Made by a program: the position numbers and the translations under genes. From a virus (Duplodnaviria; Heunggongvirae; Uroviricota; Caudoviricetes; Herelleviridae): a stretch of DNA of 64,000 bases. Of this stretch, positions 45,986 to 55,941 are shown piece by piece. The first letter of the stretch is position 1, and each line of letters begins with the position of its first letter. The notes beneath the pieces were generated by a model, which had not been told where the DNA came from, ran no database searches, and was given only the letters and a program-made list of their open reading frames with translations. The DNA is taken from the IMG/VR virus record IMGVR_UViG_3300020128_000040. The stretch is one strand, 5' to 3'.

Positions 45986-48900
45986 GTGACCCTCACTACC
46001 TTGCAGCGCGGCGGACCGCCGCGCGAGGACCGGCGCCACAAGCGCCGCCGCGCGGGAGGGGCCCTCACGGCCTCCGCCCTCGCGCTCGTCCTGGCGGCGA
46101 GCATGACGCCGGCGGCCAACGCCGCCATCGGCTCAGGAGGCGCCAACGGCGGCTCCGGCGGCCAGTCCGGCGAGTACATCTCCGTGATCAACATCGACGA
46201 CGCCTGGGCGGCCACGCCGGTCCAGGGCTGGGGCGAGAGCAGCATCCAGTACTTCGTCGACCAGTTCCGGTCCCATGTCAACTCGGACTACGGCTTCAAC
46301 GCTATCGACGGCAACTGGAACAACCACAGCGTCTTCTCTCGCGAGAACGTGGACATTGCGTGCCGCGGCGCCATCGACGAGGCGATCTCCCGCGACAGCG
46401 GGGCGACCCAGGCCCGCGTGGTCTCCATGGCCGTCTCCTGGCGCGTGAGCGGTTCGACCAACTCGGTCGTCGTCTCCGGCCAGGCCAAGGGCGGCTACCG
46501 CTCCGACGTGGTCAACCTGTGGGACAGCAGCGGGTTCGTGAACCACACGGCCGAGTCCCGCGCCGACATCCGCGCCAAGCACCTCGAGCAGATCGACGGC
46601 ATGGGCAGCTCCATCCGCGTCACCTGCGTGGCGCTGAACGACACGGAGGTCGTCCGCGACTATCCGCTGTCGATCACCACCGACCGGGCCAACACCTTCT
46701 CGCTCTCGGGCGGCACCGGGGCGGTCCACGACCGCATCCACGCCAACCGCGGCGACTCGACCATCTCCGAGAACCTCAACGGGCAGGTCGTGCTCCACTG
46801 GGACGGCGTGACGGGCCAGGCCGCGACCTCGCGGACCAAGAACGTCACCATCGCCAATACGGGCACCACCAACTCCCCGACCTTCACCCCGGCCGACTTC
46901 GGCTGGACCGTGTGGCCTGCGGGGCAGTTCTGGTTCGACGTGATCATCCCCAAGCAGGGCTCGATGGCGGCGGGCGTCAACACCCCTGACCGCGACCCGC
47001 GTGAGACCTGGAGCGCGGAGTTCGACCTGGACATCACGACCGACCACTCCGGCGGGTTCTCCCTCGCAGGGTCGACCGGGCCGGTGAGCGACCTCGTGCA
47101 CGCCAGCTCCAACGGCTCGCGCGTGGGCGGCACCGTCAACGCCAACGTGATCCTCAACTGGGACGGCTTCGGTTCCAACGCCGCGCCCAAGGCCGCGACC
47201 AAGGCCTTCGCAGTGAGGCTCGACGGCGACACCCGCACGCCGAACTTCACTCCGGCCGACTTCGGCTGGAACGCGTGGCCCGCAGGGCGGTTCTGGTTCG
47301 ACATCCGCGTGCCGGAGCAGAGCCTGATGAGCGGCGCCGTGGACACCCCCGACCGGGACCCCCGGGAGACCTGGGTGGCGACGCCCCCTCCTCCTGAGAA
47401 GATCCTGACCTCGGGGCCGCAGGCCGACGAGCTCGGCGACAACGAGGTGCTCGCCTCGGGCATGTCCTACGACGCGCGCATCAGCGCGACGGCGTCGGGC
47501 TACACCTCGATGCGCATCACCGACACGATCCACACCGACCAGGTGTTCATCGGGTCCGCCACCGCCGACGTCAACAGCGCGCCGTACGTGCTGGCGCCCG
47601 ACGGCTCCCGCGTGAGCGGGGCGACCGTGTCGATCAACCGTGGCACCGCAGGGCGCGTCGTCGTCAGCGCGACGTTCTCCGGCATCCCCGACCGTTTCCA
47701 GGGCCAGGACTACACCCTGGTCGTGCCGACCTACGTGCTGCCCACCGGGGCCGACTACGAGATCGAGGACGACTCCCGCGTCTGCTACGCCCCTGGCGTG
47801 TCGGGTATCGAGCGCTGCCTTGACGGCAACGACGAGGGCACCCGCAAGGTGACCCCTGCTCCTGACAAGGTCTGGGTGCTCGACGAGGAAGGCGCGCTTG
47901 TCGCGTCCGACCCTGCGCACACCAACCAGCAGGGCGTCGATCAGAAGACGTTCGCACCGGGCTCGGCTATCGCAGCCGTCGTTAACGGGCGCGTGCCCGC
48001 GAACCTCGCCGAGAACCTGACCCAGTACTCCATCACGGACGACTGGACCGGGGCGGCGCAGTACGTGGACTTCTCCGACGCCTCCCGCGTCAAGGTCTTC
48101 GCCGGCGGCATTGACGTGACCTCGCAGTTCACCGTGGCGGTCAACGGCACCACCACGACCGCGACGGCCAACGCCGCGTTCCTGGCCACCACCAAGGGCC
48201 TGAGCGCCGACCGTCCGGTCAAGCTCGTGATCAGCGGCGAGTTCCGCAACGACTACGACACTGGCGGCGAGCTGGCACGCCTGAGCAACGCCGGCTCCGA
48301 GCGCTGGAACAACGAGACCGTGCCGACCAACACCCCGCCGGTCTTCACGACCACCCCGACGCCTGACAAGGCATGGGTGCTCGACGAGGACGGCGCGCTC
48401 GTGGTCAACGACCCCGAGTGGACCAACGAGGTCGGCATGGACGGCAAGACGTTCCTCATGAACGACGAGGTGTACGCAGTGGTCAACGGCCGCATCCCGG
48501 GCAACCTGGGCCGCGCGCTGGACAACTACTCCATCACCGACGACTGGTCCGACGGCATCGAGTACGTCGACTTCTCCGACGCCAGCCTCGTGCAGGTGTA
48601 CTTCGGCGGCCAGCGGGTCACTGGGGAGTTCGACATCGCGATCGCCAACGGCGTGACCACCGCGACCGCCCGCCAGGCGTTCCTGGACCGCACCGCGGGC
48701 CTCGACGGCGACGTGCAGGTGAAGCTGGTCATCGGCGGCAAGTTCCGTGACGACTACGACACCCAGGGAGAGCTGGTCCGCCTGCTCAACAAGGGGTCGG
48801 AGACCTGGAACAACCGCACCCAGCCGACGAACGAGCCCCCCGTCTACACCTGGACCCCGGACCCTGACAAGTTCGTGATCGGGTCGGGCGAGGAGTCCGG

Positions 48901-51847
48901 CGACAACACCGGCGCGAACATCGACGGCATGAGCGTCTGGCCCGGCCAGAAGCTCGAGTACTCCATCGGCATCGACCTGCGCATCCCGGGCAACACCGCC
49001 CGCGGCGTGAAGTCGCTGGCAGTGGAGGACGCCTACGACCCGTTCGTCACCCCTGACTTCGAGACCATCGAGTTCTGGGACGGGCGCGACGACCGCGGCC
49101 GGCCGACCGTTGTTCCTGCGAGCAACTACAAGGTGACCGTCAACGAGGAGAACCACACGTTCCGCGTGGACTTCACCGAGGACTGGATCAACGCCAACGT
49201 CAACAACCCTGACGGCTCCGCCAACAGCGAGTGGCTGACCAAGGGCTGGCTCACCATGCGGTTCACCGCAGCGGTGAACGACGACATCGCCGGTGGCGAC
49301 ACCGTCGAGAACCAGGCGTTCCAGATCATCAACGACGCGCGCACCGAGACCGAGATCCCGACCGTGCGGATTCCGACTGTGGAGCCCGACAAGGAGGACT
49401 TGAACACCGACCTGGTCGACATCGACGGCAAGACCGTCGTGGCCGGCGACGTGATCCTGTACCGCCTCACGCTCGACGGAGGCCCCGCTCGCTCCGAGCT
49501 GGCCTACAACGTGCACAAGCTGGGCATGGTCGACGACTTCGACGACGAGTACCTGGACCTGTCGGTCGAGGGCATCCGCGTGACCGAGAAGGACACCGGG
49601 GCCGACGTCACCGACAAGTTCAACGTGCAGATCATCGACGGCGTGGCGTACATCTTCGCCAAGCAGGTCGACTCGGTGAACTTCAAGGGCCAGACCATCA
49701 GCGGGGACCCTCAGCCCGAGGACCTCGCGGTCTACTCCACCGCGCCGATCGACCCGCACACCACGCCGATCATCGACCAGTCGCTGCTCGGCAAGGACTA
49801 CTACGTGACCCTGGCGACCACCGTCGTCAAGGAGCTCGACGGCTACGTCATCGAGAACCAGGCCACGCAGAACATCCAGAACACCTGGCACCAGACGAAG
49901 ATCGTCTCCAACCCCCTCAAGGACATCGACCCTGACAAGGACGTCGTCGTCTCCGAGGAGACCAAGGACGACTCCATCGACGGCACCGAGGTCGCCCTCA
50001 ACAGCGACTTCAACTACCGCCTGAACAGCTCCGAGATCCCCGCGAACCGCGCCTACGAGGCGAGCCAGTGGTCGATCACGGACACGTTCAACCCTGTGTT
50101 CGACCAGTACACGGGCATCTGGGCGGCGTACGCCAACGAGGACATCTACGACGGTGACACGCTGGTCTACGCCAAGGGCGACCTGCTGCAGGACAGCGCT
50201 GGGCACGAGACCGAGCCCGGCTCGGCCATGTTCGACGTGACCTTCGACCAGGAGTCCTACACCTTCAAGATCGAGGCGACGCAGAAGTTCCTGGACCTGG
50301 TGAACACCAGGACCGACCTCTCGCAGAGCTTCTCGGTCTACACGAAGATGATCCGCATTGCGCCGAGCGAGCGGGTGGAGAACCAGGCGACCGAGTCGTA
50401 CAACGACTACGAGCGCGACACGAACATCGTGTGGACCTCCACTCCTGAGCACCCGGCTATCGACGTCGAGAAGTACACCCTCTCCGAGGGCATCATCGAC
50501 GGCGACCGCGACGACGTCCGTCTCGCCTACGAGATGACGCCGGAGCAGCTGGCGATGCAGGGCGAGGGTGACAACGCCGTGCAGACCGGTGTCGAGGTGG
50601 GCATCACCGTCACCAACACCGGCGACGTGAAGCTCGTGGACGTGGTGCTGACCGACGAGACGCACCAGGGCACCTGGGGCGACGTGGACGACCTGCTGTG
50701 CGTGGCTCCTGAGGGCACCGCGCTGGAGGACCAGGTAGTGGTCGAGGGCTCCGAGACCGCATGGGTCGAGATGTCTGCGATCACCGAGCTCGAAGTGGGC
50801 CAGAGCGTCGACTGCGTCGGCGTGCTGCGCGGCATGGAGCCGGGCATGACCCACGGCGACACGGTTACTGCTACCGGTAAGTCCGTGTTCACGGGCAAGG
50901 AGGTCTCCGACGACGACCCGTGGTTCGCCAAGGCACCTTCTGAGGTCGGTATCGACGTCGAGAAGTACACGCTGGAAGAGGGCGTGACCGACGGCGACCG
51001 GGACGTGTTCAAGGACGCGCTCACCCTCACCCCTGAGCAGGCCGAGAACGGCCTCCTGATCGGCATCGACGTCACCAACACCGGTGATGAGCCGCTGACC
51101 GACCTGAAGCTCGAGGACGCCACTCACGAGGCGACCACCGGTGATGTCACCGGCATCAAGTGGTGGACCGCGGTGGACGAGGACGCCAAGCAGGCGATCA
51201 TCGACCGCTACGAGGCCGACAAGGCCGCTGCTGAGGCGGCCCCTGAGGGCGACCCTGTGACGGTGGAGGACGAGACCGAGGCCCCGGCCGAGGGCTCTGA
51301 TGCCGAGGAGATCGTCGACCTGGAGGACGAGGGAGCAGCCGCTCCTTCGCCCGATGAGGCGGTAGCACCCGTCGTTGACGAGCAGGAGGCCGCCAAGCCC
51401 GTCCTGCGGGCCCCTGTGTTCGAGGCCTTCGACGGCGTCGAGTACCAGGTCCGCGAGCTGGACGAGCTGACCGTCCTCGCCCCGGGCGAGACGGTGCTGC
51501 TGGTGGGCACCCTGACCGGCGTCGAGCCGGGCACCGCGCACGGTGACACGTTCACCGCGTCGGGCAAGGGTGTCTACTCCGGCGACGAGGTCTCGGACGA
51601 CGACCCGTGGTTCGGCAAGCTGCCGAGCCCGGAGGTCCCCGACCCCGAGTGCCCGGTCTGCGAGAAGCCGACCCCCGACCCCGAGGACCCGCCGAAGATC
51701 GTCACCACCGGTGACGGGTTCGCCGAGGGCAACAACCTCATGGTCGCAGGCGGCGTTCTCCTGGCGCTCCTGGCCCTGATCGGGGCCGGCGGCTACGCCT
51801 ACCGGGTGCGCCGCATGGAGCAGGCCGAGGCGGGGGAGGACTCCTGA
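45986..51847 (+). CDS. 1953-aa sortase-anchored adhesin with antigen I/II (SspB-C2-like) isopeptide domains
   Basis: Signal peptide; paired repeats; K..DIDGKTV..GD...Y.L and SIDGTEVALNSDFNYRL domains; C-terminal IVTTG + TM + RVRR. Confidence 0.88.
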   Translation: MTLTTLQRGGPPREDRRHKRRRAGGALTASALALVLAASMTPAANAAIGSGGANGGSGGQSGEYISVINIDDAWAATPVQGWGESSIQYFVDQFRSHVNSDYGFNAIDGNWNNHSVFSRENVDIACRGAIDEAISRDSGATQARVVSMAVSWRVSGSTNSVVVSGQAKGGYRSDVVNLWDSSGFVNHTAESRADIRAKHLEQIDGMGSSIRVTCVALNDTEVVRDYPLSITTDRANTFSLSGGTGAVHDRIHANRGDSTISENLNGQVVLHWDGVTGQAATSRTKNVTIANTGTTNSPTFTPADFGWTVWPAGQFWFDVIIPKQGSMAAGVNTPDRDPRETWSAEFDLDITTDHSGGFSLAGSTGPVSDLVHASSNGSRVGGTVNANVILNWDGFGSNAAPKAATKAFAVRLDGDTRTPNFTPADFGWNAWPAGRFWFDIRVPEQSLMSGAVDTPDRDPRETWVATPPPPEKILTSGPQADELGDNEVLASGMSYDARISATASGYTSMRITDTIHTDQVFIGSATADVNSAPYVLAPDGSRVSGATVSINRGTAGRVVVSATFSGIPDRFQGQDYTLVVPTYVLPTGADYEIEDDSRVCYAPGVSGIERCLDGNDEGTRKVTPAPDKVWVLDEEGALVASDPAHTNQQGVDQKTFAPGSAIAAVVNGRVPANLAENLTQYSITDDWTGAAQYVDFSDASRVKVFAGGIDVTSQFTVAVNGTTTTATANAAFLATTKGLSADRPVKLVISGEFRNDYDTGGELARLSNAGSERWNNETVPTNTPPVFTTTPTPDKAWVLDEDGALVVNDPEWTNEVGMDGKTFLMNDEVYAVVNGRIPGNLGRALDNYSITDDWSDGIEYVDFSDASLVQVYFGGQRVTGEFDIAIANGVTTATARQAFLDRTAGLDGDVQVKLVIGGKFRDDYDTQGELVRLLNKGSETWNNRTQPTNEPPVYTWTPDPDKFVIGSGEESGDNTGANIDGMSVWPGQKLEYSIGIDLRIPGNTARGVKSLAVEDAYDPFVTPDFETIEFWDGRDDRGRPTVVPASNYKVTVNEENHTFRVDFTEDWINANVNNPDGSANSEWLTKGWLTMRFTAAVNDDIAGGDTVENQAFQIINDARTETEIPTVRIPTVEPDKEDLNTDLVDIDGKTVVAGDVILYRLTLDGGPARSELAYNVHKLGMVDDFDDEYLDLSVEGIRVTEKDTGADVTDKFNVQIIDGVAYIFAKQVDSVNFKGQTISGDPQPEDLAVYSTAPIDPHTTPIIDQSLLGKDYYVTLATTVVKELDGYVIENQATQNIQNTWHQTKIVSNPLKDIDPDKDVVVSEETKDDSIDGTEVALNSDFNYRLNSSEIPANRAYEASQWSITDTFNPVFDQYTGIWAAYANEDIYDGDTLVYAKGDLLQDSAGHETEPGSAMFDVTFDQESYTFKIEATQKFLDLVNTRTDLSQSFSVYTKMIRIAPSERVENQATESYNDYERDTNIVWTSTPEHPAIDVEKYTLSEGIIDGDRDDVRLAYEMTPEQLAMQGEGDNAVQTGVEVGITVTNTGDVKLVDVVLTDETHQGTWGDVDDLLCVAPEGTALEDQVVVEGSETAWVEMSAITELEVGQSVDCVGVLRGMEPGMTHGDTVTATGKSVFTGKEVSDDDPWFAKAPSEVGIDVEKYTLEEGVTDGDRDVFKDALTLTPEQAENGLLIGIDVTNTGDEPLTDLKLEDATHEATTGDVTGIKWWTAVDEDAKQAIIDRYEADKAAAEAAPEGDPVTVEDETEAPAEGSDAEEIVDLEDEGAAAPSPDEAVAPVVDEQEAAKPVLRAPVFEAFDGVEYQVRELDELTVLAPGETVLLVGTLTGVEPGTAHGDTFTASGKGVYSGDEVSDDDPWFGKLPSPEVPDPECPVCEKPTPDPEDPPKIVTTGDGFAEGNNLMVAGGVLLALLALIGAGGYAYRVRRMEQAEAGEDS

Positions 51848-51867
51848 CCCGCTGAGGCATCCTGACC

Positions 51868-51907
51868 GAGGGGCCCCGTCATCCGCAAGGGTGGCGGGGC
51901 CCCCTCG
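51868..51907 (+). terminator. terminator hairpin
   Basis: GAGGGGCCCCGTCATCC-GCAA-GGGTGGCGGGGCCCCCTC directly after the adhesin stop. Confidence 0.75.
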
Positions 51908-52032
51908 CTGCCGGGAGGCGTGGCGCGGCTGCTTGATCGCAGTGCCCCGGCAGGGTAGAGTTGTCAGTGAAGAAGCCGCCTGCCTCTTCGCTCTCCTTCC
52001 CGGAGTTGATGGTTCCTTTCTCTACAGGTCCG

Positions 52033-52075
52033 AAAAAGACAGACCCCCGACCGCTATGGTCGGGGGTCTCGTCTT
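52033..52075 (-). terminator. intrinsic terminator
   Basis: AGACCCCCGACC/GGTCGGGGGTCT perfect stem next to an A5 tract. Confidence 0.7.
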
Positions 52076-52092
52076 TGCCCACGGGCGGCGCA

Positions 52093-52296
52093 CTAGCCCA
52101 TGCGGTCGCGGCTCAGGTCGATGAGCCGGGTGGCGGTGTCCAGGTGCTGCTGGAACACGGCGGCCTTCGCGAGGTCGCCGTCGGCGAGGCACACGTCCAC
52201 GCTCGCGGCCAGGTGGAGCCGCAGCTCCCGGGCCTTCTGCTCCAGGGTCTTGTCATCGGCGTCCACGGGGACGACCTTGTAGTTCCTATCGGCCAT
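52093..52296 (-). CDS. hypothetical protein
   Basis: GAAGGAGG RBS, 67 aa. Confidence 0.65.
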   Translation of the reverse strand: MADRNYKVVPVDADDKTLEQKARELRLHLAASVDVCLADGDLAKAAVFQQHLDTATRLIDLSRDRMG

Positions 52297-52356
52297 GGGG
52301 GCCTCCTTCTCTCGATGCTCTCGCGGGTTCTCGCCCGATGCTCCTGCTCTCGTTCG

Positions 52357-52935
52357 TCAGGCGGCCGGGCGCTGGGACAGCCACCGGCGCACCGCGGCGC
52401 GGGCCGCGGGGAACTCGTCCCAGTCGTCGGGGTAGCGGGCGTCGTACTGGGACATGGACGCTATCCCCTGGTGCTGCACGAGCTCCACGAGGTCGGGCGC
52501 GTCCTGCGCGCGGCCGGACATCGCTGCATCTTCTACAGCCATGCGCTTGGCACGGGTGAGGGTGGCCACCGAGGCCACCGACAGGGCGATCGCCCTCAGC
52601 GGCGCCCCCGCCAGCGCCATCGGCTCCCACTCGGCGCCGATGAGCAGCTCGACGTGCTCGGCGTCGCCGTCCATCACGTTGTAGTTGTTCAGCCAGTCGG
52701 GGTCCAGCCCCAGGTCGGCGCCCACCTCGGCGACCATCGCCACCACCTGCGGCGGGTAGTCAGCGGTCACCGTGTCGATGTCAGCGGTATAAGCTCTAGC
52801 GCCGGCGCGCACGCCGTGCACCAGCAGCGCGAAGCCGCCGATGGCCCGGATCTCGATCTCCAGCCCGGCTGACACCAGCCTCGCGTCCAGCTCCCGCAGC
52901 GCGGCGAGCAGCTCGTCCTTCGTCCTCTTCGACAT
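52357..52935 (-). CDS. DUF6036-like nucleotidyltransferase
   Basis: IGGFALL, TADID, LGL.PDWLN, K...R.QD..D motifs; GGGAGG RBS. Confidence 0.78.
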   Translation of the reverse strand: MSKRTKDELLAALRELDARLVSAGLEIEIRAIGGFALLVHGVRAGARAYTADIDTVTADYPPQVVAMVAEVGADLGLDPDWLNNYNVMDGDAEHVELLIGAEWEPMALAGAPLRAIALSVASVATLTRAKRMAVEDAAMSGRAQDAPDLVELVQHQGIASMSQYDARYPDDWDEFPAARAAVRRWLSQRPAA

Positions 52936-53057
52936 GGTCACACCTCCCCGGGCACACGACCCGAACTCTCTGGCAACGGCGCCGTGCGCGCCCTCCACAG
53001 GGAGTCCCGCCGCGGCTGGTCCGCGGCACTTCACGGAGGCCCGCGACGTGAAGCAGA

Positions 53058-53095
53058 AGGCCCCGCCACCCCTGGATACCAGGGAGGGCGGGGCC
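53058..53095. repeat. hairpin nearly identical to 11511-11544
   Basis: AGGCCCCGCCACCCC...GGGAGGGCGGGGCC. Confidence 0.7.
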
Positions 53096-53120
53096 AGTCT
53101 CATGCTCGTGAGTCCTGTGG

Positions 53121-53462
53121 TCACAGGACGATGCCCACCTCGTCGAAGTATGGGTGGGCGCCCGTGGGGTGCTCGGACAGCACCAGGGGCAGTCCGCCGG
53201 GCGGGGCATGGCCCACGCGGCGGAGGTCGTCGACGCCGGGCAGCTCAGCCAGCGCCTTCTCGTAGCGCCCCTGCAGCACCAGCAGGTGCTTGAGCAGGTA
53301 GCGGGCCTCGGGGCCCATGCGGGAGGCGTCGATCGAGCGGGCGCGCTCCCGGGTGGTGGGGGTGCGCATCAGCATCGTGCGGTTCAGGACCCGGAACAGC
53401 TCGTAGAGCCGGTGCGGGTCACGGTCGGAGAAGTCCTGGTACAGGATGTCCGCGGCGTCCAC
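53121..53462 (-). CDS. hypothetical protein, possible partner of the NTase
   Basis: GTG start with GAAGGAG RBS; 113 aa. Confidence 0.65.
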   Translation of the reverse strand: MDAADILYQDFSDRDPHRLYELFRVLNRTMLMRTPTTRERARSIDASRMGPEARYLLKHLLVLQGRYEKALAELPGVDDLRRVGHAPPGGLPLVLSEHPTGAHPYFDEVGIVL

Positions 53463-53519
53463 TTCGGGGCTCCTTCGTTCTCGTGGGGGCTCTGGGTCGA
53501 GCGACGGGGCAGGGGTCGG

Positions 53520-53738
53520 CTAGAGGCCGTCCTGCGCCCAGTCGTACGGGCGGTTGGCGCGCTCCTGGCGCGCCTGCAGCTCGGCCTCCTGGCGCTGCAG
53601 GGCCTTGCGGTCCTTGCGGCGGATGACGGCCGCGGCGACCATCATGAGCACGATGAACGCGATCATGGCGACGCCGGTCCAGAAGACGCCCGCCTCCAGC
53701 GGGGTCATGGGGTCGAGGATGAGTGTCTGCTGCTTCAT
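53520..53738 (-). CDS. small single-TM protein
   Basis: Hydrophobic helix followed by a charged coiled coil; AGGAGG RBS. Confidence 0.7.
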   Translation of the reverse strand: MKQQTLILDPMTPLEAGVFWTGVAMIAFIVLMMVAAAVIRRKDRKALQRQEAELQARQERANRPYDWAQDGL

Positions 53739-53939
53739 TGCGGGCCTCCTGGGCTCTCGTGGTGCTGGCAGGGCTGAGCCTATTGGCCAGCCCGGCGGCC
53801 CGGGAGGGCCTGCGACGGGTGTTGACGGGTGGTTGGGGGCCCCCGCTCCCGCGCGGTCGTCAGCCTCGGCTGGCGCGGTCTGCCTCGCGGGGCGGGGGCG
53901 GTCTGTGGGGCGGGTGCGGGCGCTGTCGCGGCGCAGCCG

Positions 53940-54224
53940 CTACCAGTCGACCTCCTCGCGGGGGCCGGTGACGGCGCCCTCGGGGGTGATCCGGCGGGGG
54001 TCGCGGACCCTCAGCATCGTTCCGACGCGCGCCCCGGCGGCGTCGACGGCATGGACGGTGGTCTCGTCCTCGCCCATCAGGCGGACGATCTCCGGCCCGG
54101 TGAGCGCTGTGAAGCACGCGGGGTGGAAGGCCAGCCCGTAGGTGCGCATCTCGACGACGGGGCCGGGCAGTATCGTCTGCCGGCAGGCGTCGCAGGAGTA
54201 GGTGTTGCTCGTGGTGCGGCCCAT
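53940..54224 (-). CDS. small zinc-finger protein
   Basis: CDAC...HPAC; GAAGGAGG RBS. Confidence 0.65.
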   Translation of the reverse strand: MGRTTSNTYSCDACRQTILPGPVVEMRTYGLAFHPACFTALTGPEIVRLMGEDETTVHAVDAAGARVGTMLRVRDPRRITPEGAVTGPREEVDW

Positions 54225-54268
54225 GACGGCCCTCCTTCACTCGTTGGTGCTTCTTTGCTCGTTATCGG

Positions 54269-54373
54269 TCAGCGGGTCTCTGCGTAGCCGCAGGTCCCGC
54301 AGGTGTAGTGCAGCTGACCGCCCTTGAGGGTGGTCTCCTCCATCTGGTCCTCGTCGCAGTTGGGGCACTTCAT
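54269..54373 (-). CDS. 34-aa zinc ribbon peptide
   Basis: Manual translation MKCPNCDEDQMEETTLKGGQLHYTCGTCGYAETR; GAGGAG RBS. Confidence 0.65.
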   Translation of the reverse strand: MKCPNCDEDQMEETTLKGGQLHYTCGTCGYAETR

Positions 54374-54389
54374 CTGTTCATCTCCTCGT

Positions 54390-54506
54390 TCAGCGGATGA
54401 CGGTCGTCTGGCCGTTGTCCTCGTAGCGCAGCATGTAGCCGCCGCCTGCCAGATGGAAGACCCGCACGACGCGGCCGCTCTTGTCCCTGTACGTTCCTTC
54501 GGGCAT
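54390..54506 (-). CDS. 38-aa peptide
   Basis: Manual translation MPEGTYRDKSGRVVRVFHLAGGGYMLRYEDNGQTTVIR; GAGGAGG RBS. Confidence 0.55.
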   Translation of the reverse strand: MPEGTYRDKSGRVVRVFHLAGGGYMLRYEDNGQTTVIR

Positions 54507-54807
54507 GACTGCCACCTCCTCGTTCCTTCGATCCGGCGGCAGCCGGTCGGCTACTGCTCTCACAAGAGGTCTCGCGCACGGCTCCTGCCGGGCGCAGCGA
54601 GAAAGGTCGCACCGTTGGGCGCCCCTCCAGGGGCGGCCGCTCGCCGGCTCCCGCCAGGGGCGAGGGCCCGGGGCTGCTGGCAGGCCCGGGACGGAGGCCC
54701 AAAGACGAGAGCCCCGCGCAGGCTCACCGGATCTCTCCGGCCCTGCGCGGGGCTCCCGCTATTCAGTTGTGGTGGGTGCTGCTACTGCAGCGGCTCGTTG
54801 CGCCGGA

Positions 54808-55314
54808 TCAGGCGAACGGGGTCTCGCTGGCGTCGCCCTGCTGCGCCTTGAGCGCTGCGATCTGGGCCTCGAGGTCGGCCACGGACGGGCCGGAGGTCGC
54901 AGCCGCTGCGGGCTGGGCGGCAGGCTGCGCGGCAGCCTTCTTCGCCTTGCGCGCGTCGGTCACGGCCTTGGTCTCGAGGTAGCGGGGGTAGCCGTCGATC
55001 TCGACGGTCGGGCCGTCGGGGTACACGGTCTTGCCGTCCTTGGTGAACGGCTTGTGGCTCAGGCGGTAGTTGACCGCGATGAGGTCTCCCTCACCCACGT
55101 TCGCCCACGAGCCGATGCCGTTGGCGCGCGCCGGGATGAAGGCGCGGACCGGGATGAAGTCGGTGTCGGGCTCGTTCTTGCCGTTGCGGACGAAGTCCTC
55201 GTCCACGCCGAGCGAGAAGAGCAGCGCGACTGAGCCGTCGCTGTTCGGGAACTGCTTGATGCCACCCTTGCCGACGCGGCCGATGAGGTGTCCGTTGTTC
55301 GCGGGATTTGCCAT
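54808..55314 (-). CDS. ssb: single-stranded DNA-binding protein
   Basis: N.G.LIGR, FSLGVD..F, TDFIPVRAF and GDLIAV (OB fold); tail ending ETPFA. Confidence 0.85.
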   Translation of the reverse strand: MANPANNGHLIGRVGKGGIKQFPNSDGSVALLFSLGVDEDFVRNGKNEPDTDFIPVRAFIPARANGIGSWANVGEGDLIAVNYRLSHKPFTKDGKTVYPDGPTVEIDGYPRYLETKAVTDARKAKKAAAQPAAQPAAAATSGPSVADLEAQIAALKAQQGDASETPFA

Positions 55315-55600
55315 GGTAGTCCTGCTTCCTGCGGCCTGCGGCCGCTGATTTGGTTCTCTGCATGCAGTGCGGAGGATCTTGTGCGGTAGGTCTTTCTCCA
55401 AGACCCTTCCACGGGTCTGCCCGAAGACGGCCCCTCGGCCGTCTGTCAGAGCACGCCCTCCCTCAGGAGGCGTGCGACCCTGTCGAAGACAGCCCCGACA
55501 GCGACGCCCAGTCGCTGTCCGGCGCAGGGCCCGCCAGGGGCCCGCCGCCCTGCCCACCCGCAACAGCACCAGCAACAGCTCGCCGCTGCCACTGCTGCTG

Positions 55601-55930
55601 CTATTGCTCGCCGCCGCCCTTCGGCGGCCTGGGTCTGGGCCTGGTCAGGTCAACGCCCGTGGTGCGCGCCAACATCGCCAGCGCGTTGCGCTGCGCCCGG
55701 CGGTCGCTGGGCGTGGCGGCCATGATCAGCGGCCGGGACGAGGTGCCGACGCTGCCCTGAGGCAGGTCTTGCGCCCGGGGGTCGTCGTCCGGCAGCCACA
55801 GGGCCCAGTGGCCCGACTTGCGCAGCTCGGCCTCCAGGCCGTGCGCCCGGGCCCGGGAGACGAGCTCCTTGGCGCTGCCCGGGTACGACCTGGCGTGGCC
55901 CTGCTGCCTGCTGTCCTTGCGCCTGCTCAC
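55601..55930 (-). CDS. HicA-like putative mRNA interferase
   Basis: AKELV..AR..G.E...KSGHW...ATPSDRRAQRNA pattern. Confidence 0.6.
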   Translation of the reverse strand: MSRRKDSRQQGHARSYPGSAKELVSRARAHGLEAELRKSGHWALWLPDDDPRAQDLPQGSVGTSSRPLIMAATPSDRRAQRNALAMLARTTGVDLTRPRPRPPKGGGEQ

Positions 55931-55941
55931 GGGCCCGGGCC

